Below are positions 45,998 through 55,833 of a DNA stretch of 60,830 bases, piece after piece. The position numbers were made by a program, and so were the translations under genes. This stretch comes from Candidatus Moraniibacteriota bacterium (lineage in GTDB: Bacteria > Patescibacteriota > Minisyncoccia > Moranbacterales > GCA-2747515), in contig PDPP01000019.1 of the NCBI GenBank assembly GCA_002747515.1, forward strand, positions 1 to 60,830, read 5' to 3'. Within the stretch, counting starts at the first letter, position 1; the number at the start of each line of letters is the position of its first letter. The notes beneath the pieces are model-generated. The model was not told the origin of the DNA. It saw only the letters and a program-made list of their open reading frames with translations, and did not search any database.

Positions 45998-46600
45998 ATG
46001 ATTGAAGAAAAAGAACAGGAAAATATGAAAGACTTTATTATTGAAGTTGTAAAAATGTTTTTTTTGGCACTTATTATTATCGTGCCAGTTCGTATGTTTC
46101 TTTTTCAGCCATTTATTGTGCGTGGTGCAAGTATGGAGCCAAATTTTTCAGAAAAAGAATATCTTATTATCAATGAATTTGGATATAAGAACACACCAGT
46201 AACAATTCTTGGTAAGGATGTCGTTACTGTAAAGCCACGAAAAGAATTGAAACGATATGAAGTTGTGGTATTTCGAGCGCCACATGATGAAAAACAATTT
46301 TATATTAAGCGTATTGTTGGTTTGCCAGGCGAGACTGTTAAAATTGCTAAGGGCGAAGTGACAATATACAATGATAAAAATCCAGATGGAATCTTATTAA
46401 ATGAGAGTGCGTATTTACCAGAAGGACGCAAAACAAATGGATTGATAGAGATAAAACTTGCAGATGATGAATATTATGTTTTGGGGGATAATCGTCCAGC
46501 AAGTAGTGATTCACGTATGTTTGGTCCATTGCATAAAAATGATGTAATCGGTCGTGTGCTCTTGCGTGCGTGGCCAATTGGTGCATTTGATCTTTTCTAA
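45998..46600 (+). CDS. lepB: signal peptidase I
   Basis: Trimmed to ATG 45998. VRGASMEPN (catalytic Ser), YIKRIVGLPGE (catalytic Lys) and VLGDNRPASSDSR. Confidence 0.9.
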   Translation: MIEEKEQENMKDFIIEVVKMFFLALIIIVPVRMFLFQPFIVRGASMEPNFSEKEYLIINEFGYKNTPVTILGKDVVTVKPRKELKRYEVVVFRAPHDEKQFYIKRIVGLPGETVKIAKGEVTIYNDKNPDGILLNESAYLPEGRKTNGLIEIKLADDEYYVLGDNRPASSDSRMFGPLHKNDVIGRVLLRAWPIGAFDLF

Positions 46601-46617
46601 AGCTAACTTACTAAAAA

Positions 46618-48030
46618 ATGATTATGGCACGAAAGAAGGCAGCAAAGAAGAAAGTAACGATAAAGAAAAAGACAACAAAACATACAACAAAAAAAGCGAC
46701 AGGGAAAATTTCGAGAAAGAAAAAGGTTGAGCAGCAGTTTGTTTTGCAGACGGTGCGTGGTATGAGGGATGTGTTGCCAGGTGATCAACCGTATTGGCAA
46801 CAGATTAGAAAAGTTTTGGAAAAGCGATCAGTTGAATATGGGTTTTCTCGTGTTGATACACCAGTTGTTGAGATGGAAAATGTCTTTTCACGATCTATCG
46901 GTGAGGGAAATGATGTTGTCAAAAAAGAATTGTATACATTTCGCACAAAGGGAGGGGATAATGTTGCACTTCGACCAGAGCTTACTACTTCAGTTGCACG
47001 TGCATATTTGCAACATGGGATGACTATTTTGCCAAAACCAGTGAAATTATTTTCAATTGGTTCGGCTTATCGATATGATCGACCACAAGAGGGGCGTTTT
47101 AGAGAATTTCAACAAGCAGAATTTAATATTTTTGGGGAAGAAGATCCAATATTAGATGCACAAGTCATGCAGATTGCATATAGAGTTTTAAATAGTCTTG
47201 GTGTTAAGAATATAATTTTTCACGTGAATTCTATTGGAACAGAAGAATCGCGCAAAGAATATCTCAAATTACTCAAGGTATATTTTCGATCAAAGAAAAA
47301 TAAATTATCTTCTCAATATAGAGATATGATTGAAATAAATCCAATTCGGATTTTTGATGCCAAAGATGATAAATGTATGCAGGTATGTGCTGGTGCGCCA
47401 CAAGCAATCGATCATCTAGATAAAGATTCACGAGATCATTTCAAACATCTTTTAGAATATCTTGACGAGTTGGATATTCCATATATGATTGATCCGCAGC
47501 TTGTTCGAGGGTTAGATTATTATACACGTACAGTTTTTGAGATTTTTGTTGATGATAATGAGGAACGACAGATTTCACTTGGAGGTGGCGGTCGATTTGA
47601 CGGTCTTGTAGAAGCATTTGGCGGTGAGCCAACACCTGCAATTGGGTTTGCATTTGGAATTGATCGATTAATTACTGAAATGAAACGTGTGAAAGCAAAG
47701 AAATATCAGTCACCACAACCACGCGTATTTCTCGCGCAATTAGGAGATCTGGCAAAAAAGAAAAGTCTGAATCTCTTTGCAAATATCGAACAATCAGGTA
47801 TATTGGTAGCAGAGAGCTTTGGTCGTGGAACACTCAAAACGCAGTTGCGTCATGCGAATAAACTTGGTGTGGAGTTGACGCTTATAATTGGACAGCAGGA
47901 GGCGCTAGATGAAACTGTAATTGTGAAAAATATGATTACAGGGACACAAGAAACTGTTTCATGGAAAAAAATTGTTAATTATGTGAAAAAAAGCCTTAAA
48001 GAATCAGCAAAGCTTGTAAAAGTAAAATAA
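46618..48030 (+). CDS. hisS: histidine--tRNA ligase with a lysine-rich N-terminal extension
   Basis: RGMRDVLP, LRPELT, YRYDRPQEGRFREFQQ and GGGGRFDGL class-II/HisRS motifs, plus a C-terminal anticodon-binding domain. The first 40 aa or so are MARKKAAKKKVTIKKKTTKHTTKKATGKISRKKK. Confidence 0.92.
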   Translation: MIMARKKAAKKKVTIKKKTTKHTTKKATGKISRKKKVEQQFVLQTVRGMRDVLPGDQPYWQQIRKVLEKRSVEYGFSRVDTPVVEMENVFSRSIGEGNDVVKKELYTFRTKGGDNVALRPELTTSVARAYLQHGMTILPKPVKLFSIGSAYRYDRPQEGRFREFQQAEFNIFGEEDPILDAQVMQIAYRVLNSLGVKNIIFHVNSIGTEESRKEYLKLLKVYFRSKKNKLSSQYRDMIEINPIRIFDAKDDKCMQVCAGAPQAIDHLDKDSRDHFKHLLEYLDELDIPYMIDPQLVRGLDYYTRTVFEIFVDDNEERQISLGGGGRFDGLVEAFGGEPTPAIGFAFGIDRLITEMKRVKAKKYQSPQPRVFLAQLGDLAKKKSLNLFANIEQSGILVAESFGRGTLKTQLRHANKLGVELTLIIGQQEALDETVIVKNMITGTQETVSWKKIVNYVKKSLKESAKLVKVK

Positions 48031-48040
48031 TTATGATACT

Positions 48041-48391
48041 ATGAAGGATTGTGTTTTTTGTAAAATAACGCGCGGAGAAGTTTTAACGGAATTGCATTAT
48101 GAATCAAAAAATGTGATTGCATTTTCTGATATTAATCCAGTTGCGCCAGTACATATTCTCATTATACCGGTGGAACATGTTGAATCAGCCAATGATCTTG
48201 AGAAAGAGCATTATAAAGTTATTGGAGAAATGTTTTTAACGGCAAAGCAATTGGCAAAGGAAAATGATATTGCAGATTCAGGATATAAATTACTTATTCG
48301 TACAGGAGCTGATGGTGGACAAGAGGTGCCACATTTACATTTACATCTTATCGGTGGAGCGCCATTATCTGAGGATATTCACCCAAAATAA
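48041..48391 (+). CDS. HIT-family (histidine triad) nucleotide hydrolase
   Basis: CVFCKI near the N-terminus and the HLHLHLIGG histidine triad. Confidence 0.9.
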   Translation: MKDCVFCKITRGEVLTELHYESKNVIAFSDINPVAPVHILIIPVEHVESANDLEKEHYKVIGEMFLTAKQLAKENDIADSGYKLLIRTGADGGQEVPHLHLHLIGGAPLSEDIHPK

Positions 48392-48490
48392 AAAAACGGT
48401 GATGTAAAATACATATTTTTTTAAATTGAAATGTTTGTTTTATCATCCACGTTTTTGTGGTTTTTAGAATATAGAAAGGAGTGTGACCTG

Positions 48491-48751
48491 ATGGTATACG
48501 TATATAAGAAGAATGATCGAGAAACAACTGAAAACATGATTAAACGCTTTACGCGCAGAATGCAGCAAAGTGGTGTTTTGATGCATGTCCGTAAGAATCG
48601 TTTTGAGACATCTCCAAAAAGTAAAACAGCACGTCGACAAGAAGCGCTTTATAAAAACAAAATGCGCAAAGAAGTAGATAAACTTAAGAAACTTGGACGT
48701 TTTGATGACGATGCTTTCAAAGAGCTTAAGAAAAAAATCAAGAAAGGATAA
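48491..48751 (+). CDS. rpsU: 30S ribosomal protein S21
   Basis: Trimmed to ATG 48491, which lies 9 nt after AAGGAG. ENMIKRFTRRMQQSGVLMHVRKNRFETSPKSKTARRQ fits the S21 pattern. 86 aa, very basic. Confidence 0.85.
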   Translation: MVYVYKKNDRETTENMIKRFTRRMQQSGVLMHVRKNRFETSPKSKTARRQEALYKNKMRKEVDKLKKLGRFDDDAFKELKKKIKKG

Positions 48752-48766
48752 TTGATATCTTTTTTT

Positions 48767-48796
48767 ATACACACGAAGTAGAAACTTCGTGTGTAT
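48767..48796 (+). terminator. strong hairpin after rpsU (terminator or stabiliser)
   Basis: Perfect 13-bp stem atacacacgaagt / acttcgtgtgtat with a 4-nt loop. Only a 2-nt T tail follows, so termination is uncertain. Confidence 0.4.
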
Positions 48797-48832
48797 TTAA
48801 AGAAAGTATCTTTATTAGTAAAATAAAACAGT

Positions 48833-49285
48833 ATGTTATTGAGAAAACAAATTGTAGAGGATTTAAAAGTAGCTATGAAATCAGGTGATGTTGCAGCGCG
48901 AGATACGCTTCGTTCACTTGATAGTATGATCAAAAATGAAGAAATTGCACAGAATAAACGTGAAGAGGGGCTTGGTGATGTTGAGACGGTTTCCCTTGTG
49001 AAGCGAGCAATTAAACAACGTAAGGATAGTGCACAACAATATCGAGATGGGGATCGAGAAGAATTAGCACAAAAAGAAGAGGAAGAAATTGCTGTTATAG
49101 AAAAATATCTTCCTGAACAAATGAGCGAGAAAGAAGTACGGTCTATTGTAGAAAAGGTTATTGCGGAGGTTGGGGCAGAGAAAAAATCGGATATAGGACA
49201 AGTGATGGGAAAGGTTATGTCTGAGGTTGGAGAAAGCGCTGATGGTAATACTGTGCGTGCAATAGTAGAAGAATTACTTGGGTAA
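48833..49285 (+). CDS. yqeY: GatB/YqeY-domain protein
   Basis: LKVAMKSGDVAARDTLRSL..IKNEEI..KQRKDSAQQYRDGDREELAQKEEEEI fits the YqeY family. Confidence 0.85.
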   Translation: MLLRKQIVEDLKVAMKSGDVAARDTLRSLDSMIKNEEIAQNKREEGLGDVETVSLVKRAIKQRKDSAQQYRDGDREELAQKEEEEIAVIEKYLPEQMSEKEVRSIVEKVIAEVGAEKKSDIGQVMGKVMSEVGESADGNTVRAIVEELLG

Positions 49286-49309
49286 TTTGAAATTTCTTTA
49301 AATTTTGAT

Positions 49310-49762
49310 ATGCGAGTAATTATTGAACTTAACTCTGGGGATGTATCTGTATATAATAAAAATCTACTATCCCAAATTGCACAGGAAGTAATTGAATGTT
49401 CTCATTTTTTTAAAAGTACTGACGATATAGTTATTACAATCAGTATTGCTTTTGTGTCTTCTGAAGATATTCAAAGGATTAATAGAAGATTTCGCGGAAA
49501 AGATCAGGAAACAGATGTGATATCAGTTGGTGATTATAGTGATGAAAAAGATATTTTAAAGGAAAAAAGTGGTGACATTTTTCTTGGAGAGATTATTTTG
49601 TGCTATAATTACATCGTGCAAAGTGCTAAAGAGAATCAGATAAGTGTTGATCGTGAATTTTTTACGGTGTATGCACATGGCATTCTACATCTTTTAGGTT
49701 TTGATCATGGAGAAAAAATGTTTACATTACAAGATAATATTGCTAAAAAATTCAGTGATTAG
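49310..49762 (+). CDS. ybeY: rRNA maturation endoribonuclease YbeY
   Basis: HGILHLLGFDH zinc motif. 150 aa. Confidence 0.88.
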   Translation: MRVIIELNSGDVSVYNKNLLSQIAQEVIECSHFFKSTDDIVITISIAFVSSEDIQRINRRFRGKDQETDVISVGDYSDEKDILKEKSGDIFLGEIILCYNYIVQSAKENQISVDREFFTVYAHGILHLLGFDHGEKMFTLQDNIAKKFSD

Positions 49763-49781
49763 ATGATAAAAAATTGTGTTT

Positions 49782-50147
49782 ATGAAAGGATATTCAATTA
49801 AACAAAGTGTAAAAGCAGCGATGAGGGGTGTGATATATGCATTTAAAAATGAACGAAATTTTCGTGTAGAGATTTATATTGCGATTTTTGTAATTACTGC
49901 TTTACTTGTTTTAAAAGCTTCTCTTGTACAAACTGCAATTATAATTATGATGATTTTTTTGGTTCTTATGATAGAATTGATGAATACAGTTATTGAACGC
50001 ATTGTGGATATACTTAAACCACGAAAACATCCGTATGCTGGTGTAATTAAGGATTTGTCAGCATCTATGGTATTAGTGTTAAGTATTGGAGCGAGCATTG
50101 TTGGCTTGATTATATTTGTGCCACTTTTTCTTGTGGCAGTAAAATAA
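49782..50147 (+). CDS. dgkA: diacylglycerol/undecaprenol kinase (DgkA family)
   Basis: NFRVE and ELMNTVIERIVD motifs with three helices. ATG 49782 chosen over GTG 49776. Confidence 0.85.
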   Translation: MKGYSIKQSVKAAMRGVIYAFKNERNFRVEIYIAIFVITALLVLKASLVQTAIIIMMIFLVLMIELMNTVIERIVDILKPRKHPYAGVIKDLSASMVLVLSIGASIVGLIIFVPLFLVAVK

Positions 50148-50160
50148 AAAAGAAAATTAT

Positions 50161-51414
50161 ATGAAGGGGAATATCATTACAAGTATAGATTTAGGGTCAT
50201 CTGTTGTACGATGTGTGATTGCTGATGTTGCACAAGAAGATGGTCAAGTTCGTGTTCTTGGCGTGGGTATTGTGCCGGCTGAAGGTATGCGTCGTGGCGC
50301 AGTGGTTGATATTGGTGATGCAGCAGACTCTATTGCAGCTGCTGTGGAAAAAGCTGAGCAAATGAGTGGTGAGCATGTGAAAAATGCAATCGTAAGCATT
50401 GGTGGAGCAGGGATTACTGTTAATGAAACACAGGGTGTGATTGCAATCGGTCGCGCTGATGGTGAGGTGATTGAGGATGATGTGGTGCGTGTAATTGAAG
50501 CAGCGCAGGCGATATCAATTCCAACAAATAATGACATTATCCATGTGATTCCACGATCTTTTCGATTGGATGACCAAAGAGATATTAAAGATCCTGTGGG
50601 GCTTCGTGGTGTGCGACTGGAAGTAGATGCAGTGATTGTAGAAGCACCAAATAATCATGTGAAAAATCTCACGGCAGCAATGGAGCGTGCAGATGTTTTG
50701 ATTGATGATTTTATCATAGAACCGCTTGCTGCAGCAGAATCAACACTTACAAAAAAACAAAAAGAACTTGGTGTAGCATTGGTGAATCTCGGTGCGAGTA
50801 CGACATCAATTGCTGTTTACGAAGAGGGAGAACTTATGCATACAGCTGTTTTGCCAGTTGGCTCTGATTTTATTACTAATGATATTGCTATTGGACTTCG
50901 TACGGAGATTGATATTGCTGAACGAGTAAAATTTGAATACGGTAGTGCAGATATGGAAAGTATTGATAAAAAAAGTATTGTGGATCTGTCGCATATAGAT
51001 GAGCGTGAAACTGAGGGAGTTTATCATCATCATATTTTAGAAATTATAAATGCACGCCTTGATGAGATTTTTGATCTTGTTGTAAAAGAGTTGGAGAAAA
51101 TCGGAAAGGATCAACTCTTACCAGCAGGAGCTGTATTAACAGGTGGCGGTGCACATATGCCGCATATTGTAGAATTTGCAAAAGAAAAGTTACGACTGCC
51201 AGTGTCGATTGGTCAGCCAGCAAACTTACTTGGCGTGGTGGATCATGTGGATGATTCTTCATATGCAACAGTAATTGGTCTTGTGCTTTGGGCAATGCAT
51301 GGCATAGATGGTGGCGGCACAAGTTTTGGCAGTGGTGCAATAAGCGGTTTCAGCAATGGTGTTGGTAGTATTTTTGATAAAACGAAAAAAACATTCGGAC
51401 GTTTTTTGCCATAA
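50161..51414 (+). CDS. ftsA: cell division protein FtsA
   Basis: Actin-fold phosphate motifs SIDLGSS and LTGGGA. 417 aa. Located immediately upstream of ftsZ. Confidence 0.92.
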   Translation: MKGNIITSIDLGSSVVRCVIADVAQEDGQVRVLGVGIVPAEGMRRGAVVDIGDAADSIAAAVEKAEQMSGEHVKNAIVSIGGAGITVNETQGVIAIGRADGEVIEDDVVRVIEAAQAISIPTNNDIIHVIPRSFRLDDQRDIKDPVGLRGVRLEVDAVIVEAPNNHVKNLTAAMERADVLIDDFIIEPLAAAESTLTKKQKELGVALVNLGASTTSIAVYEEGELMHTAVLPVGSDFITNDIAIGLRTEIDIAERVKFEYGSADMESIDKKSIVDLSHIDERETEGVYHHHILEIINARLDEIFDLVVKELEKIGKDQLLPAGAVLTGGGAHMPHIVEFAKEKLRLPVSIGQPANLLGVVDHVDDSSYATVIGLVLWAMHGIDGGGTSFGSGAISGFSNGVGSIFDKTKKTFGRFLP

Positions 51415-51527
51415 AGAGATTATGGCATTTTTGTCAATATTGACAGTTATCTTTTGTGCGTGGTACAGTGAAAAACTGTAAGGTATCAATAATTATTTGC
51501 GTATATTTTAACTACTATAATAACTTT

Positions 51528-52967
51528 ATGGCAGAGGTAAAAACCGATATAGAAACATTTTCACGGATCAAAGTTATCGGTGTTGGTGGTGGAGGAGGGA
51601 ATGCAATTTCTCGTATGATTGATGCAAATTTAAAGGGCGTTGAATTTGTTGCGATTAACACTGACACACAGGCTTTGCATCATTCGAAGGCAGAAGAAAA
51701 GGTGCACATTGGAAAAAGTCTTACTAAAGGACTTGGTGCTGGGATGAATCCTGAAGTTGGACGTCAGGCTGCAGAAGAAAGTCGTGAAGAGATTCAGAAC
51801 GTTCTTAAGGGGGCAGATATGGTGTTTGTCACATGTGGACTTGGTGGTGGTACTGGCACAGGAGCAGCACCAGTGGTTGCAGAAACTGCAAAAGAACTTG
51901 GCATCCTCACGGTTGCTGTTGTGACACGACCATTTTCATTTGAGGGTGCGCGCCGTAAGGCAATTGCAGAAGAGGGATTGGCATCACTTAAAAAACGTGT
52001 TGATACAATCATTTCTATTCAAAATGATAAAATTCTTTCGATTATAGACAAAAACACAAGTCTTGTAAATTCTTTTCGTATCGTAGACGATGTGTTGCGT
52101 CAGGGTGTACAAGGTATTTCGGATATAATTTGTAATAGTAGTTCAGAGGCGGTAAATGTTGATTTCAAAGATGTTGAAACAACAATGTCAAATAGTGGTG
52201 ATGCACTCATGGGTATTGGTATCGCAACTGGTGAAAATCGTGCTGCAGAAGCAGCAAAAGCCGCTGTGAATAGTCCATTATTAGATCTCTCTATTGATGG
52301 CGCACGGCGTGTGCTATTTAATATCACAGGTGGTGGAGATATTACAATGTTTGAAGTGGAAGAGGCATCAAATGTTATTACAGAATCTGTTGATCCAGAT
52401 GCAAAAATTATTTTTGGTACAGTGATTGATGAGGCAGCTGCAAAAGGTGAAATTCAAATTACTGTAGTTGCAACAGGATTTGATGAAGAGTTTGATGATG
52501 AGATTTCTTCTGAGGAGGAAAGAATTGAGCCAAAAAAAGAAATGCATGGTTTTGTTAATCAGGTAGTTACAGAAAAAAAACAAACAGTTTTTAACGAGAA
52601 AAAAGAAGTTGTGGAACCAGTTCGATCAGAATCGCGGATAGTACAATCACAATCCCAAACACAAAAACCGCAACAGAATGTCAGTATACACAGAAGAGAT
52701 CCTGCTGTTGTCAGTCCAGAAACATCATCACAATCACAACCTGCGCAAAGCGTTGATACGATTAGTAGCACGTCACAATCACAAAGTAATTCTAATAACA
52801 CAAATACTAGTTCAAATCCAATGGAATCAACTATGATTATTGATGAACCAGTTGGACCGCCAACACGATCAATTACGCCGTCAGTAAAAAATATTGTGAC
52901 AGAAAGTGAGGAAGAAACAGATTTTGATATTCCTGCATTTATCAGAAAGAAAATGAAGAAAGATTAA
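51528..52967 (+). CDS. ftsZ: cell division protein FtsZ
   Basis: Trimmed to ATG 51528. GVGGGGGNA, the tubulin signature [15 protein letters not shown], and the C-terminal peptide DIPAFIRKK. It has a long S/Q/T/N-rich linker. Confidence 0.95.
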   Translation: MAEVKTDIETFSRIKVIGVGGGGGNAISRMIDANLKGVEFVAINTDTQALHHSKAEEKVHIGKSLTKGLGAGMNPEVGRQAAEESREEIQNVLKGADMVFVTCGLGGGTGTGAAPVVAETAKELGILTVAVVTRPFSFEGARRKAIAEEGLASLKKRVDTIISIQNDKILSIIDKNTSLVNSFRIVDDVLRQGVQGISDIICNSSSEAVNVDFKDVETTMSNSGDALMGIGIATGENRAAEAAKAAVNSPLLDLSIDGARRVLFNITGGGDITMFEVEEASNVITESVDPDAKIIFGTVIDEAAAKGEIQITVVATGFDEEFDDEISSEEERIEPKKEMHGFVNQVVTEKKQTVFNEKKEVVEPVRSESRIVQSQSQTQKPQQNVSIHRRDPAVVSPETSSQSQPAQSVDTISSTSQSQSNSNNTNTSSNPMESTMIIDEPVGPPTRSITPSVKNIVTESEEETDFDIPAFIRKKMKKD

Positions 52968-52997
52968 TACTTGCATATTTATTACTATAAACAAAAA

Positions 52998-53027
52998 ACT
53001 CTCGGGACGCTGCCCGAGAGTTTTTTG
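52998..53027. terminator. bidirectional Rho-independent terminator
   Basis: actctcggg (52998-53006) pairs with cccgagagt (53013-53021), flanked by A6 and T6. Confidence 0.85.
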
Positions 53028-53060
53028 TTTAAAAAGAACGAGATTGTGACCTAGATTGGT

Positions 53061-53840
53061 TTATAATCCAGGAACATTTTGTGCATAAAATGCAAGGTTG
53101 TGCAATTGAGCTTCTGTTAATGTTCGTGATTTCTCGATTGCTTCTGAAATATCAGACTTTGTAAATTGGATTTCCGTGTTCACATTAATTTTGCGATTCG
53201 TTTGCTTTTTTCTCAAATAATCTTCGATATAGATTTTATGAGAAGGAGTAAGATTTTCAACATTGTTCTTGTTAATGTATGATTTCGCCGCCTTACGTGC
53301 AAGTGTTGTCATGCTATCTCCGCGAATTGCGGTTACTGCAATAACACCATTTTCTTGTCGTGTCTGATCTTCAGTCGAATGTGATTCAATGACCTCTCGT
53401 GCAATATCTTCTGCCTTTTGAGATTCTTCCTTTTGTCTTTTTGCTTCTTCTGATTCTCGCTCTGCTTGCTCTTGAGTCTTCTTTTCTTCTGCTAAACGTG
53501 CTTTTTCAGATTCTGCTGTTTTTTGTTCTGTTTGTTCGGTTACATTATCTGTTGCGTTTGCGTCTATATCACTTGTGATTACATCAGCTTCTTCTGCATT
53601 TTCTTGATCATCTCTGATCTCACTAATGATATCGCTGATTTCATCACCATTTTCTTCCCCTGCTGTCATCGCAATTTCTTCAATTTGGGAATCGTCTACA
53701 ACAACATCTGTTCGAGAATTTCGTTTCGAATATGAATAAATTGCAAAAACAAGGAGAATCACAATACCAACACTGATAATGATACGAAGATTGTCTTGAA
53801 ACCAATTCGATGCGTTATTTTCTTCAGTCATTGTTTTCAC
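53061..53840 (-). CDS. hypothetical membrane-anchored protein with a Glu-rich coiled region
   Basis: 259 aa. One helix (IIISVGIVILLVFAIY), a long acidic E/Q/K segment, and a C-terminal GDSMTTLARKA stretch faintly LysM-like. AGGAAGGA RBS. Confidence 0.55.
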   Translation of the reverse strand: MKTMTEENNASNWFQDNLRIIISVGIVILLVFAIYSYSKRNSRTDVVVDDSQIEEIAMTAGEENGDEISDIISEIRDDQENAEEADVITSDIDANATDNVTEQTEQKTAESEKARLAEEKKTQEQAERESEEAKRQKEESQKAEDIAREVIESHSTEDQTRQENGVIAVTAIRGDSMTTLARKAAKSYINKNNVENLTPSHKIYIEDYLRKKQTNRKINVNTEIQFTKSDISEAIEKSRTLTEAQLHNLAFYAQNVPGL

Positions 53841-54226
53841 CGTCCTTCCTAGTTTTAAATTTTTAAATAGCTTACGTTGAAGCCGTCTACCTAAACGTAG
53901 ACAACAAATTCACCCTCTATTGTACAAGTATTGAAAGTAGCGTCAACATAGACAAAAATGTATTTTTTTGGCCTAATTATAAATGGCATGTTATTGTATT
54001 GTTTATGTCAATCACATCTTTCTTATTATTCGTTAGAATTTTTAGTATCGTCTTGTCAGTAATTTCGAGTTTGTATTGATGTCATTGGTGTTTTGCAGGT
54101 CTTATTTTTTTAATGTTGTTGATTTTATAGGAAAAAGATTTTATAATATTTGATAAGGAGTGAAAAATTTTTAAATAAAAATTTTTTTACAATAAGTAAA
54201 ATTATATTAGAAAGGAAGGTGACAAT

Positions 54227-54496
54227 ATGGCTCCACGAAAAAAAACAAAACGAAAAGTAACAAAGAAAAAAGTTTCTCGTAAACCAGCAAAGCGTAAAGT
54301 AGCAAAAAAGAAAGTTACAAAACGCAAAGCAACAAAGAAAAAAACATCAAAGAAAAAAGTTTCTCGTAAACCAGCGAAACGTAAAGTTGCGAAGAAAAAA
54401 GTAGCAAAAAAGAAAGTTACAAAACGCAAAGCAACAAAGAAAAAGGCGACACGTAAAATTGCAAAACGCAAAACTGTGCGTCGAAAGAAAAAATAA
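54227..54496 (+). CDS. lysine-rich histone-H1-like / nucleoid-associated basic protein
   Basis: 89 aa made almost only of K/R/A/V/T/P (KKKVSRKPAKRKVAKKKVTKRKATKKK, twice). GGAAGG RBS and a terminator directly after. Confidence 0.65.
   Translation: MAPRKKTKRKVTKKKVSRKPAKRKVAKKKVTKRKATKKKTSKKKVSRKPAKRKVAKKKVAKKKVTKRKATKKKATRKIAKRKTVRRKKK
54263..54445 (+). repeat. in-frame tandem duplication inside the basic protein gene
   Basis: Codons 13-39 are repeated as codons 42-73. Every nucleotide difference I found is synonymous, and there is one extra VAKKK block. Confidence 0.85.
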
Positions 54497-54525
54497 ATTT
54501 TTATACTTTATACAATATATACACG

Positions 54526-54552
54526 AAAACCCCCGGCAATGACCGGGGTTTT
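54526..54552. terminator. bidirectional Rho-independent terminator
   Basis: aaaacccccgg pairs with ccggggtttt with one bulged C and a 6-nt loop. It lies between convergent genes. Confidence 0.8.
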
Positions 54553-54559
54553 GTGTTGA

Positions 54560-55459
54560 TTAGATATTCCACTGAATGACACGCGGTCTTTCAGAAAGGT
54601 CTTTGAATACAAGTATTGTGGAATTTGGATTTCTCTCTGAAATATAGTTTTGTAGTTCTTCAGATTGATTAGGGTCAATCTCATAAAATACTGAGATGTT
54701 TTTTTCAGGTAACACATGTGTATGAAGTATGGTGAGTTGTTGGATTAATTTTTTGTAGTGCTTCATGCCACTGTCTTCTGACCATAACGCCTCAGAAGGT
54801 TCATATTTCAGTGCTTGTGATTCTTTTTTCGTAAAAAATTCTTCCCTTTTTTTTATATCAACATATGGGAGATTTGCAGTGATAATAATATTTTGTTTTT
54901 TTGTTTGTGCAACAGCATCAAGAACACTATCATTGATTAAGCTTGTGTTATACAGAACGATATCATGAATGCTATAATATTTAATGTTTTTTTGGGCGAT
55001 ACTAAGCGCGTGTTTTGATGTGTCACTTGCGATAATGGAACAGTTGATTTTTTCTTTCTCTAATTCTTTTTTGATTGTGATTGGTATTACGCCGCTACCT
55101 GTACCAATATCACATAGGAGAACGTCATGTATTTTTTGTTGTTTGATGTTATTAATTACAGAAGAAATAATTAACTCTGTTTCACTTCTGGGAATAAGTG
55201 TGTCTTCTGAAATAAAAAACTCTCGTCCAAAAAAATCTTTATACCCAGTAATATAAGCAAGAGGGTAACCAGTTTTTCGTTTTTCACATAGGGAAATAAT
55301 TGTGTTATATTTTTCTTCTGATATATTCATATCAGCATGCGTTATGACGAATGCGCGATCTTTTTCTAATACAAAAGCGATGATGAGTTCGATATCAATC
55401 CTTTCAAGATTATGTGCGTAGCGTGCAATGATAGTATCAATTGTTATTTTTGAGTTCAT
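54560..55459 (-). CDS. prmC: release-factor glutamine N5-methyltransferase
   Basis: SAM motif LLCDIGTGSGVI and substrate motif ANLPYV (NPPY-type). 299 aa. Confidence 0.87.
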   Translation of the reverse strand: MNSKITIDTIIARYAHNLERIDIELIIAFVLEKDRAFVITHADMNISEEKYNTIISLCEKRKTGYPLAYITGYKDFFGREFFISEDTLIPRSETELIISSVINNIKQQKIHDVLLCDIGTGSGVIPITIKKELEKEKINCSIIASDTSKHALSIAQKNIKYYSIHDIVLYNTSLINDSVLDAVAQTKKQNIIITANLPYVDIKKREEFFTKKESQALKYEPSEALWSEDSGMKHYKKLIQQLTILHTHVLPEKNISVFYEIDPNQSEELQNYISERNPNSTILVFKDLSERPRVIQWNI

Positions 55460-55732
55460 GATTTGTGAAATTTACGTATTTTTTAGTAAGAATTATAAAA
55501 TAAGTGATCTATTTTTTAAGCAAATATGTAAGGAATTAAGTGGATTATCAAAGATTTTTTTGCGAAAGTGGAGATTAAATTCATATATTATTTTATTATT
55601 TTTTTCTTAAACATGCATTTTGTAGATACTTGTTGTGCTATTATGCATAGCAATGAGTTATATTTTGATGTTTGTTTATTACATAATTATTATATTTGAT
55701 TCATTTGCTTTATATTACCCCTTTTTATCTTA

Positions 55733-55761
55733 TTGACAAAAAAGATGCAATTTGGTAAAAT
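55733..55761 (+). promoter_or_regulatory. sigma70-type promoter
   Basis: TTGACA (55733-55738), 17-nt spacer, TAAAAT (55756-55761). Confidence 0.55.
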
Positions 55762-55833
55762 TGTAAGTCATAAAAATAAAAGAGAATTGAGTGTTTTTAC
55801 CTAAAGCGTGAGTATTAGAGCGAAATTTTACAT

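Noticed and set aside
53841-54226. A 386-nt AT-rich gap with a small hairpin (gtctac..gtagac, about 53893-53910) as a possible sRNA.
   Set aside because: It is a divergent promoter region for two genes (the RBS of the minus gene is at about 53848-53856). The hairpin has only 6 bp and no flanking terminator features. This is insufficient evidence.
54202-54471. An 89-aa Phe/Ala/Thr-rich ORF on the minus strand.
   Set aside because: It is the exact antisense mirror of the Lys-rich gene (AAA/AAG codons read as TTT/CTT). The plus-strand gene has the RBS and the pattern of synonymous-only differences between repeats.
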